64,000 bases of DNA from an uncultured Planctomycetales bacterium (GTDB lineage: Bacteria > Omnitrophota > Gorgyraeia > Gygaellales > Profunditerraquicolaceae). Shown here piece after piece: positions 8,159 through 17,531 of the stretch. How positions within the stretch are numbered: the stretch's first letter is position 1; every line of letters starts with the position of its first letter. Where the stretch lies: positions 157,884 through 221,883 of the forward strand of contig CAYRUB010000001.1 of NCBI GenBank assembly GCA_964427405.1, read 5' to 3'. A program made the translations under genes and the position numbers. Below the pieces are notes generated by a model. That model was not told the DNA's origin, did not search any database, and saw nothing but the letters and a program-made list of their open reading frames with translations.

Positions 8159-8532
8159 GTAAGCCTCCTTTCTTTTGACGCCGGAAATTAAAACCCAAGA
8201 ATATGAAGTATTTTTCCAGGCAGCCCAGAAAAATACGGTCTTTTGTCAAGAAAACATGGAATGCCCGAAGGCAAACGACGCAAGGAGTGAACCTTCCTGG
8301 GAGTCCTTTGGAAAAATTGAGACTCCCCTATAGGGGCAGAATGCTTCTGATAGCTAAAAAGCCTTTCCGAGGCAGACCACGAAAAGGCTTTTTAGATAGA
8401 GATGAATCTTCCCAAAGGATTTTCTTGAAAAAAGTCAGGATTGGGTTATTGTAGGCGGATAAAAAGAAAGGAGGATTACGTGACGACAAGAGAAAACAAA
8501 AGACAAGGAAGGAAGTAACTGATTGAAGTAGC
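8094..8532 (+). promoter_or_regulatory. Fold-back element copy B, candidate ssDNA (Frpo-like) promoter
   Basis: Same architecture as copy A; CCTCCTTTCTTTT (8164-8176) pairs with AAAAGAAAGGAGG (8462-8474). Confidence 0.65.
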
Positions 8533-8712
8533 GATTAAGGGTAGCTAAAAGATAAAACGGACTGTGAAATTTTTCTTAGCTGAATTAGAAGACCGAAAAA
8601 TATATATATTCTGGGTAGCTGAAATTGAAAGGAAGACATCACCTTGAAAGTTGAAACGATTGAAGAGTTTGTTAAAGCACCAAAGGTAAGACCTGCCGAC
8701 TTACGGATCTAC

Positions 8713-9366
8713 TTATCCTTGAAATTGACTCTGCTTGTACTCAGACTGGAAATATATTAATGGGACTATCCGCATAGCTTCAAGGATCTTTGGTCCGTGG
8801 CATTTTTTAAGCCTTTTTCCCGAATTGCATGGGCATATCTTATCTCGACTATATTCTCCAGAGGCTAATATTTTAAGAAATTTCTGAGCAGCAGTAAAAT
8901 CATTGGTATTAAAGAACTCACAATAAAATTCTATAACCCCTCGTCCATAATGTGAGCGCTCACCAAACGGCATATGGCCTGTTTTTTTATTGAAACAAAA
9001 GGAGAAAAGAAACGGAATCACTAAAAACTCAACAAATCCAATAAGGGTTTTACATTTACTGAATTTTATCCAATTATCTACTGGCGTGCCTAAACATAAT
9101 GTATCGTTTGTGTAATGATGAAAATCGCTCGGTATCCTTCCCCCCATTTCTTTAACTGAGGGCATCAGATCTGGGTAGCTAGACGGGATCGCGATGAATA
9201 ACTCAAAACCATCTTGGATTCTTACTTTTTCGAATTCGGAAGAAAAACCCAGGAAACCAAAAATATAATAATTATCATCGATATGCTTAAGGCTCAAACC
9301 TGTATATTTCTCATGAAGTTCTTGAAATTGTTTCTGAATAATATCGTCATAACCAATACTCGCCAT
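8713..9366 (-). CDS. CBASS-associated E2-like protein with SEC-C motif
   Basis: IPSSYP...P...FHHYTNDTLCLG E2 core; GERSH; CPCNSGKRLKKCH; SD GGAG before 9366. Confidence 0.8.
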   Translation of the reverse strand: MASIGYDDIIQKQFQELHEKYTGLSLKHIDDNYYIFGFLGFSSEFEKVRIQDGFELFIAIPSSYPDLMPSVKEMGGRIPSDFHHYTNDTLCLGTPVDNWIKFSKCKTLIGFVEFLVIPFLFSFCFNKKTGHMPFGERSHYGRGVIEFYCEFFNTNDFTAAQKFLKILASGEYSRDKICPCNSGKRLKKCHGPKILEAMRIVPLIYFQSEYKQSQFQG

Positions 9367-10546
9367 TGCTGCTCCATGGTTTCGAAGGACTAATTTTAAC
9401 CTCAGGGTAAGATTGCGCAGAAGGCGTTTTCTGGTTACTAGTTCTATAGCCACATTTCTCGAGGACCTTCCCCATGGTTTTAATACCGAATATAACACCC
9501 AGGTACTCAATCATATCCTTAGTTGATGTTTTTGTTAGAGCCTCCTGCAAGTCTTTTTTAATCTTTTTCAACCAATCATAAAAGCTTTTCTCAAGCACAG
9601 GATCATCTAACCATTTATCTGCAAAGTTTTCATCTGGTTCAACAGGATTTCTTATAACTGTTTTAGTCCCATTTTTTTCGATATGTTTATCCATATTATC
9701 TACTATACGTATTAATGCATCAGCTAACCCTAATTCATTTTGATACGCGTGCGCCGCCAAGGTGGTTATAATCATCGAAGTCGGCTTGATCTTAAAATCT
9801 TTTTCGAACATAATATCACGGTGCCGCTTAAGAAGCTGAATAGTTTTCTGTAAGGGAGTTCTAACTTTGTAAACAGGAACGGCTTCTATTGAAGCATATA
9901 AGCGCTTTTCAAGAAGAGATATAGCCCCTTTCTCAAAAATGGTTCTCATTCTAAACTTGAACCATTCTGCATACCCCTTAGGATTAGTTTTTAACCAATT
10001 ATCGTCAATACGATCATAATTACCCAATGTATTATCGGTAAGACAAATACTTGTCTGCAGTAAATTCTCCCTTATTCCTGATTCAAGCAAATGTTTTTTG
10101 TAGGGCACATCTTGCTCTGGAATAGAAGCTAAAAAATCCATATGGAAATGAACATCATCTTCATATTCAATTCTCCAGCAACGTCTTTTATTCTCGGGCT
10201 TACTCTTCATATTTTTAGCAAGAGAGTAATCAGTTAACTCCTTACCGATTTTTTCCTTTAAGTCTTTTTGTGAAATCTCATTTTTAAGATAATTTAAACA
10301 ACATACCAAGTCAATATCATATCTGTCTTCTTCTGATGCAGGTCTAACTGTAGTTCCCAAAAGAAATGAACCTTGCGTATATATTTCAGGATTTCGATCT
10401 TTTAATGATGTACTCTCCTGTAACCACTTTGTTACCGATTCATATCGAAGTCTCGCTTCTTCAAATTGAGAATCGGAAATCTTTAAGGAATCCGCATATT
10501 TCTCTAATACATCATCCAATAATGTCATGCGATTATCTTGCATCAT
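9347..10546 (-). CDS. CBASS cGAS/DncV-like nucleotidyltransferase (CD-NTase)
   Basis: QGSFLLGT...YDIDL, NPKGYAEWF, LLKRHRD, SMIITTLAA, NPVEPDENFADKW. Confidence 0.93.
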   Translation of the reverse strand: MMQDNRMTLLDDVLEKYADSLKISDSQFEEARLRYESVTKWLQESTSLKDRNPEIYTQGSFLLGTTVRPASEEDRYDIDLVCCLNYLKNEISQKDLKEKIGKELTDYSLAKNMKSKPENKRRCWRIEYEDDVHFHMDFLASIPEQDVPYKKHLLESGIRENLLQTSICLTDNTLGNYDRIDDNWLKTNPKGYAEWFKFRMRTIFEKGAISLLEKRLYASIEAVPVYKVRTPLQKTIQLLKRHRDIMFEKDFKIKPTSMIITTLAAHAYQNELGLADALIRIVDNMDKHIEKNGTKTVIRNPVEPDENFADKWLDDPVLEKSFYDWLKKIKKDLQEALTKTSTKDMIEYLGVIFGIKTMGKVLEKCGYRTSNQKTPSAQSYPEVKISPSKPWSSNGEYWL

Positions 10547-10547
10547 T

Positions 10548-11483
10548 CTAACCTCCTGTGTTATAATCCAAGAATTCTTGGATTTTTTGTGAATTATTTG
10601 TAAAATCTTTTTCTGCTAAAAAGACTAAGTTATTGTACTCATTAGGATCATCTAACTTTAAAGGTTTAGCTGATTTAAAATTAATTCTTAATACCTGATT
10701 TTCCTCAAATAAAAGCTTAAGCATGTTGGTAGTTGTTTGAGACTGCAAGCTAAGAAGCATACCAATAAATTTTTGTCGACCCCACCTTGCCAAGAATCCC
10801 CATCCTAAGAACTTTTTCCACCATCGGTCTGACTGCGAATAGAAATTTTCCCCTTCGCCTGTGCCAATTGACAAAATCATTAGATTATTTATATTCTGAC
10901 CAAGACGACGCTTAGCTTCAATAGCCGCAATAAGAGCCGGATTATTTGCCCATAATCCTCCATCTGCTAAAAGAAAATTATCCATATAATAAGGATCAAA
11001 ATAGGTAGGGGCGGAACAAGAAGCCAATACTGCTTTATAGACTAGTCTATTAGGATCACGAGAAAAATTTTTATCGTACGAAGATTTAAACACATGAACG
11101 CAGCCATTCCCGATATCAGATGCAGGCAAAACTAAAGGTATGTCAATTTGGCCTAGCTTTCGATCATCACCATAGAGATTTCTTAAGATGTTTTCTAAAT
11201 CCTTATTATCATATCTGCTCACGAATAATCCAAACCAATGAAGAAATCGCTTCTTGAAGATCCGTTGACCATATTCCTTATAAAAATCTAATACTTTACT
11301 CGCAGTAAAGTTACAAGCTAATGATGCCGCGATGATTGCTCCTGTACTAGTTCCGGCTATTAGATTAAAACTTTTTAACCAATCAACACTATATTCTTCC
11401 TCAATGCGTTTTAATATATAAGCTGCATAAACACCACGATAACCACCACCGTCGATTGCTAAAATTTTAAATATTTTATCCAT
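10548..11483 (-). CDS. patatin-like phospholipase, CapV-type CBASS effector
   Basis: DGGGYRG, GTSTG, SAPTYF, DGGLWANNP; 1 bp from the CD-NTase start. Confidence 0.9.
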   Translation of the reverse strand: MDKIFKILAIDGGGYRGVYAAYILKRIEEEYSVDWLKSFNLIAGTSTGAIIAASLACNFTASKVLDFYKEYGQRIFKKRFLHWFGLFVSRYDNKDLENILRNLYGDDRKLGQIDIPLVLPASDIGNGCVHVFKSSYDKNFSRDPNRLVYKAVLASCSAPTYFDPYYMDNFLLADGGLWANNPALIAAIEAKRRLGQNINNLMILSIGTGEGENFYSQSDRWWKKFLGWGFLARWGRQKFIGMLLSLQSQTTTNMLKLLFEENQVLRINFKSAKPLKLDDPNEYNNLVFLAEKDFTNNSQKIQEFLDYNTGG

Positions 11484-11558
11484 AGATAGTCTTTATTAAT
11501 TTTTTAATTGTTTCTTCTGTCCTCTTCAGGTGTCTTTTCGGTATCACCAATAGGTTGT

Positions 11559-12551
11559 TTATTCGTACCTTATTTCTGTCCCCCGCAAGGTACCGTCCGT
11601 TGTTATAATAATATGATCATCTCCTGAGGTTTTTTCAGAAGATTTATTTTGGTCGTCTCTGTCTGTCCTATAAATATTTACACCCCTGCTTTCATATCTC
11701 TTGATTACAGTTTTGTCAGGAAGCAATGTTCCTGAGAATTTCTTATTGCCGGCACATATTATTCCATACCTAGGTGAAACAGCATCAATAAAAGCATTCG
11801 TGCTTGCACTTTCACTTCCGTAATGACCTGCCTTGAGAAATGTGCTTTTTAATTTGCCATCATATTCTTCAACCATTTCCTTCTCTACGAATTTTAGGAC
11901 ATTGGGGGAATCTTTCCTTAGCTTACCTTCAGAATCACCAACAAGCAAAAAGCTTACCTCGCCATATCTAAGCCATATCACTATTGATGAATTATTGGGC
12001 TTATCTGCATGCCCATCTGAATGTAATACCCTAACTTCAAATTCAGAACCCCAGTTAAGACTATCCCCTTCTTTCTTTATTAAGGTACCCACTAATGGCT
12101 TGTAGTAGTGACAATCTTTCTCTTGCTGAGCTAACTTACAAAAAGTCTTTTTGTATAATCTTGATTTTCCATTATAACCGGGATCAAGAATTGCCTTTAT
12201 TTGATACGCTTGAATAACAGGTATTAACCCTCCAACATGATCGGCATCACAATGAGTCATAATCATCAAATCTATAGGCTTGTTTTTCTTTATCCCATGA
12301 CTTTCAAGATAAGGGATAATTACTCTTTTGCCCTCTATTCCTTCGCCTCCGTCTATTAGGATTATCTCACCTTCATATTTCCCATTGCCTTTTATGCCGT
12401 CATCGGGAGTTTGAATCAAAATACAGTCACCATGGCCTACGTCTATAAACGTTACCTTAAGGGGAGTCTGGGCGTAGAGGAAAGAAGAACATAGCAGCGT
12501 GAAATAAAAAACAAAAATCTTAATTTTATGCTTTTTTATAAATATAACCAT
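11559..12551 (-). CDS. ComEC/Rec2-type metallo-beta-lactamase-fold protein with signal peptide
   Basis: FIDVGHGD, THCDADHVGG, NNSSIV, GHYGS, YRTD. Confidence 0.85.
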   Translation of the reverse strand: MVIFIKKHKIKIFVFYFTLLCSSFLYAQTPLKVTFIDVGHGDCILIQTPDDGIKGNGKYEGEIILIDGGEGIEGKRVIIPYLESHGIKKNKPIDLMIMTHCDADHVGGLIPVIQAYQIKAILDPGYNGKSRLYKKTFCKLAQQEKDCHYYKPLVGTLIKKEGDSLNWGSEFEVRVLHSDGHADKPNNSSIVIWLRYGEVSFLLVGDSEGKLRKDSPNVLKFVEKEMVEEYDGKLKSTFLKAGHYGSESASTNAFIDAVSPRYGIICAGNKKFSGTLLPDKTVIKRYESRGVNIYRTDRDDQNKSSEKTSGDDHIIITTDGTLRGTEIRYE

Positions 12552-13377
12552 AGTTACATTTTGGCTTTTCTAATGGAAAACCCATTAATATGCTCACAAT
12601 CTTGAGTATCGTTCTAGGATCAAGCGTTATGCCGTCCTTTCCTGTGTGTGTAGCTCCCCCTATCTCAAGGATTTCCACCTTGCTTTTATAAAGATCAGAG
12701 TCTAAGTCTTTTTTGCTTAGTCTTGCGCTCTTCATAACCGCCTGATCCACCGTACCCATGAAACAATAAAGCTCTTTAACTCTATCCAAGAGTTTCTTTC
12801 TTATTTCAGGCTGATTTGCATACTTAATAGGCATCTGGTCAGGATCCAGGTTCACGCATTGCATTGCATGATGCGGCGAATAATCTTTGAATATAGGACC
12901 TATTTCTCCTAGCTCGCTGCCTTGATGCGGTGTTGCGACAGTAATCAAGCTGTTGATTTTCAAAAGAGGAGGAGTATCATCAATTATGGCCGCAACAGAA
13001 TCTAAACCGCCCATGCTGTGCCCTATCAAATCAAACTCCTTGCTCTTTCCTATCTTAGAGAAGATTTTACTTCGAAGAACAGGTCCGAAATCAAGGAAAC
13101 TCTTGCACCCCCCAGATTCCTCTTCAGAGAAAGTTATGTATTCGGCAGAATCGCAGTTTGTGAATATCTCTGAAAACCTTTCTTTTGCAGAAATCCCCAA
13201 TTTCTTGTCAGTGGTAGTCCACCAAGTGTTATTCTCATCAGTCCAGCCCGGTACAAAGAAAACGGGTCTTTTCAAAGTTAATTTTTCCTGCGTAAACTGC
13301 GTCAGTCTATTTAAAGCGTTCTGTTTTTGCTTTTTTCTTTCTTCTATCATTTCTTGTACTGGACCTGTGGTAGACAT
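12526..13377 (-). CDS. alpha/beta hydrolase (lipase/esterase-like)
   Basis: FVPGW, GHSMGG, ATPHQGS. Confidence 0.85.
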   Translation of the reverse strand: MSTTGPVQEMIEERKKQKQNALNRLTQFTQEKLTLKRPVFFVPGWTDENNTWWTTTDKKLGISAKERFSEIFTNCDSAEYITFSEEESGGCKSFLDFGPVLRSKIFSKIGKSKEFDLIGHSMGGLDSVAAIIDDTPPLLKINSLITVATPHQGSELGEIGPIFKDYSPHHAMQCVNLDPDQMPIKYANQPEIRKKLLDRVKELYCFMGTVDQAVMKSARLSKKDLDSDLYKSKVEILEIGGATHTGKDGITLDPRTILKIVSILMGFPLEKPKCNYGYIYKKA

Positions 13378-13434
13378 GGAAACTCCTTTCTTTTGTTATG
13401 AAAACAACTGTTCTCAAAACAAATTGTTAAAGCT

Positions 13435-13677
13435 TTAATGCTTTTTATCTCTTGGTGGACAAGAATCGTTACCTGGAGGAACCGTATCGCTGTCTCGAAT
13501 CGGCCCCTTTGGGCTATGTATTTTTACTTCACCTCCACCACTGTTCGCCGACATCTTTTTCGCTGCTTTCTCAGCCTCTGCCTGCGTATCATAATAACCG
13601 GCAACACGATCGGACTTTTCTCGCTTTGCACGCCAGTCACCAGAATCCTTGTCTTTTGAAACGTGATAATTTGCCAT
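13435..13677 (-). CDS. DUF2188-family protein
   Basis: YHV...W...TQAEA...EVKIH...IRDSDT...GND. Confidence 0.85.
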   Translation of the reverse strand: MANYHVSKDKDSGDWRAKREKSDRVAGYYDTQAEAEKAAKKMSANSGGGEVKIHSPKGPIRDSDTVPPGNDSCPPRDKKH

Positions 13678-13681
13678 TTAT

Positions 13682-14317
13682 TTACTCCTTCCTTAAATTA
13701 GGTATAGTTGCTATAACAACACCTTGAATCTGAAAATCATCAGTTAAAATAATTGGTTTGTTTTTTTTATTGGAAGATTTTGGCTTTAAAATAATCATAT
13801 TGGGAGCGAGGTGAAACTCTTTAATTGTCGCCTCGCCATCAATTAATGCAACAACTTTATCTCCTTCATTAGCTGTTGGCTGCTGTCTAACTAACACAAG
13901 ATCGCCTTCATTAATTCCTGCTTTATCCATCGAATCTCCTCGCGCATGCAATAGATAATATTTTGCCCCTGGCTTTGCGAGAGAAGTAGAAACAGAAATA
14001 AACCCTTCTATATTTTCTTCTGCCAACATTGGTGCCCCACAAGCTACAACGCCAACCAAAGGAATATTAATGGTTTGAGCATGCATAGAACCAAGATCTG
14101 GATTCAAAACGAGGTGATAATCTCCGTCTTCAAGCTTTTTTATCACACCTTTTTCTTGAAGTTGCTCAAGAATAACCTGAATTGACCGGGGTGATTTGTA
14201 ACCAAGATCAACCATCAATTCCCTAATAGAAGGAGCTCGAGAACGATGCATAAGCCAATTTCTAATATGACGGATAGCCTCGATTTGCCTTTTTGTAAAC
14301 GTATTTTCGTTCTTCAT
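13682..14317 (-). CDS. lexA: LexA-like S24 autopeptidase repressor
   Basis: wHTH (PSIREL), VACG cleavage site, GDSM Ser, ATIK Lys. Confidence 0.9.
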   Translation of the reverse strand: MKNENTFTKRQIEAIRHIRNWLMHRSRAPSIRELMVDLGYKSPRSIQVILEQLQEKGVIKKLEDGDYHLVLNPDLGSMHAQTINIPLVGVVACGAPMLAEENIEGFISVSTSLAKPGAKYYLLHARGDSMDKAGINEGDLVLVRQQPTANEGDKVVALIDGEATIKEFHLAPNMIILKPKSSNKKNKPIILTDDFQIQGVVIATIPNLRKE

Positions 14318-14353
14318 ACATACAAGTGTATACTACCGTATGTATTTTGTCAA
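14316..14353 (-). promoter_or_regulatory. lexA promoter, probably leaderless, with overlapping inverted-repeat operator
   Basis: TTGACA-17-TACACT-7nt-ATG; ATACATAC-N14-GTATGTAT. Confidence 0.65.
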
Positions 14354-14498
14354 GTAAAACAAACACCCAACAGAAGCAATATCGTTTGAATTATATTTGA
14401 TAGAATTATTTAGTTTAATAAAATTCGCTTCTAGTAATGCAGACTTGGGGATAGGCGTAAATAACTATACTCTCAGTTCGCAGAAGATAAAGTCTATA

Positions 14499-14690
14499 CT
14501 AAGCCTTACTCTTAAGACTGCTACAAACCGAACAATGATTTTGTAACCTTGCTACTTCTTCATTATAAGCTTTTCTAAATTCAGGATTCTTTAAAGACTC
14601 TTCATCGATATGCTGGCTTACTGTTTTGGGAATCATTCTTTTTCTTTTTTTAGATTGTGGTTGCATCTTATCCAGCAAGATTACGTTCAA
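14499..14690 (-). pseudogene. probable truncated XRE-antitoxin-like fragment
   Basis: LKNPEFRKAYNEE resembles an antitoxin N-terminus but no HTH follows. Confidence 0.35.
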
Positions 14691-15408
14691 TCTCTGCTAT
14701 TAGTATCTTTGGAAACCCCTTTATAATCATATGCTGATTGACAGGAAGAAAGGTTTTAAGCTCTTGTCTGAAATCAATCCTCCCGGATTTGACAACCTTT
14801 AGAATCTTTGCCTTTAATTGTTTATCCTGTATAAATACTTCCTTAAAGGCCATGCGGCTACGAAGAATAAAATAAAGATCGTAGAAATCCCGCGCCTTTT
14901 GGCGCGTAAGACAGGCTTGGATTTTTTCGGTAATAAGAATCTCTTCTTTAAGATGAATAAGCGTATAGGACACAACAAGGTCGGATTGGATGAGTGCCGC
15001 TGCCCCTAACCCCTTTTTACCAGGCCGTAAAGAAACCTCTACTTGAATCCGGCTTTTATACTCACTAGTATTAAACTGGAATATAGCGAGGTATCCGCCG
15101 GATGTACTTTTTGACTCAATAATCTCAGTTTGGATACCTTCCATTTCTATCTTAGTAAGGGCTCCTTCCATTAGGGTTTCGATACCTTTGATCGTAATAT
15201 TTACTCCGGTAAAATCTAAATCTTCCGAGAACCGCGGACTCTGCCAAATGATCCGCAATGCAGTGCCTCCCTTAAAAAGCAGACTATCGGAACCCTTTTC
15301 CTGATAAAGCCGAGAAAGAAACAGCTGCTGAAAATATTCCCGCACGACATTATCTATTGTCGTCTGCCATGTTTGAGCTAACTTTTGAACTTGTCTTTTT
15401 TCAATCAT
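14668..15408 (-). CDS. AbiEii-family nucleotidyltransferase toxin (type IV TA)
   Basis: FKGGTAL...RFSEDLDF, EK...R.KARDFYDL. Confidence 0.92.
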   Translation of the reverse strand: MIEKRQVQKLAQTWQTTIDNVVREYFQQLFLSRLYQEKGSDSLLFKGGTALRIIWQSPRFSEDLDFTGVNITIKGIETLMEGALTKIEMEGIQTEIIESKSTSGGYLAIFQFNTSEYKSRIQVEVSLRPGKKGLGAAALIQSDLVVSYTLIHLKEEILITEKIQACLTRQKARDFYDLYFILRSRMAFKEVFIQDKQLKAKILKVVKSGRIDFRQELKTFLPVNQHMIIKGFPKILIAEIERNLAG

Positions 15409-15998
15409 AAGATATCCTTAACCAGTTTTATCAAGCCCTTTTTGCCAAAAAGTTTTGCATATTCTATTACAGATTTTTTCTTTATGTCGCGGACATTAAG
15501 ACGCTCATTAAGAGTTTTTCGATTAAGACTAACAAAATAAAGGTAATCTGCGAGGGCCTTTTCCGGTTCGGCCATAAGAACAGTCATATCCCCTATCTTC
15601 TCTGTTCTATAGCCGCGATAAGCTGGTTTTTTAATGTGTGAATAAGTAAAAGACTTATTATTAACAACAAATTCCCGGGTAATCCGGGTTGTCACTGATG
15701 TTATTGTGTAAGCGAATTCAGGAATAATGCCATAATGGGAGAGGGCGTATTCAAAAGAGATGTAACTAGGCGCATAAAGCCTATTGGCAATAGCTTCATC
15801 TCTTGGCTGGTCAATTCTTAACGCATAAAGCCCATTTCTTACTTTAAGAAAAAGGTCATCGCAGTGATCCTTAATAAACTCCTGCGTCGCACGCAAAGAG
15901 ACACCAAAAACTCTCTGGAAGTCCGATGGAGAAAACAAACGGACTCCTTTCGCCTGAAGATGCTGCTGGACATATATTGGTTTAAGTTTTCGCTCCAT
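15405..15998 (-). CDS. AbiEi-family antitoxin
   Basis: PSYISFEYALSHYGIIPE, AEPEKALAD; ATGA overlap with the toxin. Confidence 0.88.
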   Translation of the reverse strand: MERKLKPIYVQQHLQAKGVRLFSPSDFQRVFGVSLRATQEFIKDHCDDLFLKVRNGLYALRIDQPRDEAIANRLYAPSYISFEYALSHYGIIPEFAYTITSVTTRITREFVVNNKSFTYSHIKKPAYRGYRTEKIGDMTVLMAEPEKALADYLYFVSLNRKTLNERLNVRDIKKKSVIEYAKLFGKKGLIKLVKDIL

Positions 15999-16075
15999 AT
16001 GACGCTAAATGTTAAATGGGTATCTGGAGCGATTATACCTCATCTTTTGAGTTATGCAAGCCTTTTTTGGGTCAT

Positions 16076-17503
16076 TGTCAAGCCAAAATAGAAATGTCCG
16101 GTTCTTACCAAAATAGAAATGTCCGGTTTTAAACCTTTACCAAAAGAGCTTCATGCTGCGCGCTCTGCCGCAATCGCAGAGCCTCATACATCTGCCGTTT
16201 AAAGGGATGATCCATGGGCGGACGGTACATTTCCCGTTTTATCGGCTTAGATTCCCGTTCGATCACCGGCTTAATGGTAATCGGCTTATACGTCAAATAG
16301 CGATTATTGCCAAAAATCAACATGGTACCGTCAATACGCTCTTCAAGAATAACCTTGCGGCCGGGATTCCTGTCTTTAATCTGGTACAGCTTCTTTTTGT
16401 AAGCAATGGTAAAGTCATTACGGACTACCCTCTCGGTCTTAATACACAAGATTGTATTTAAATTGATGCCCGCCGGTACCGGCCGGTGCATATCTGTTGA
16501 GTCTGCCGGAAGCACGGCAAACCGCTTATTATGCTTCGGCCAGTAACTCTTTAAGAACATATTGGCCTCGGGTATAGACTTAATCCCCGCTAATCGCAGC
16601 TCTTTAACCAGGCGATCCTGATCCGTCTTAAAAGAACGCTCGATCCTGCCTTTGGCAGGAGCTGAATGCGCATGGATTACTCGTATATCCAGCTCCCCGC
16701 ATGCCCTCTCAAACTGGCTAAGATTGAACCGATTATTCAACTCATCTTCTATCGTTTGCCTCTGCCGGCCTGTATATGTTGAATGCCGATCAACGCGTAT
16801 ATGCTTTGCGGCAAGCCGTTCTCTTTAATATAATCCAATAACCCCGCAAACGCAGGCAGTGTTCCTTCGTGTTTATAAAAAGATCCACTCTTGTTACTTG
16901 TGGCATCGTCAATATACCCCATAAGAACACACTCCTCTGCCCTGCCTTCAAGCCAGGGATGATGCGATCCGTCCATCTGCAGCATCTCTCCGCGGTAATG
17001 TTTTCGCTCCCGCCAATGCCGATATTTGCGTGAGGCCCGTTTGCGTTGCCACAATCCTTCTGCAATAAGCTTCTTGCGTAACGTCTCGTCGCTTATCGTA
17101 ATCTTGTGCCGTTCAAAGAGCTTCTCAGAGGCAAACGTCGGCCCAAAATCGCGGTATATCCTCCGGTATAGACTCAGGATCTTCTCCCATGCCCTGCTGG
17201 TTATCCGCCGTTTGGATGCCTTCCCGCGCAATCCATGCACCAAACCTTTTTCGCCTTCGGCTCGATAATGCACCGTAAGCCGCCGTATCTGACGCTCACT
17301 CAAGCTAAGTTGCTCACCGGCTTCTTTTTGTGTCAAAGAACGTTCTAAAACTTTACGTATAATATGTACCCGATTCAGTTCCTTCTGGCTCATCTGTACA
17401 ATGTCCTCTCCCATGCTTAACCTCCCTTAAGAAGGTTACCATGGTTTTGTTAACAGGACATTCTTACTTTGGCCAAATAGGACATTATCACTTTGGTATT
17501 ACA
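16076..17503 (-). mobile_element. IS1202-like (ISNCY) insertion sequence, 1428 bp
   Basis: TGT...ACA ends with repeated ATGTCC/GGACAT subterminal motifs; 16-bp target duplication GCCTTTTTTGGGTCAT at 16060-16075 and 17504-17519. Confidence 0.9.
16129..17414 (-). pseudogene. frameshifted DDE transposase
   Basis: LQMDGSHH, YIDDAT, KGRIERSF; the Y-x-DRHSTY motif is broken by 2 extra nt near 16795. Confidence 0.85.
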
Positions 17504-17531
17504 GCCTTTTTTGGGTCATCGCAGGAGTTGT

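Noticed and set aside
9367-9510. Upstream extension of the E2 ORF
   Set aside because: It overlaps the CD-NTase in another frame; the SD supports a start at 9366.
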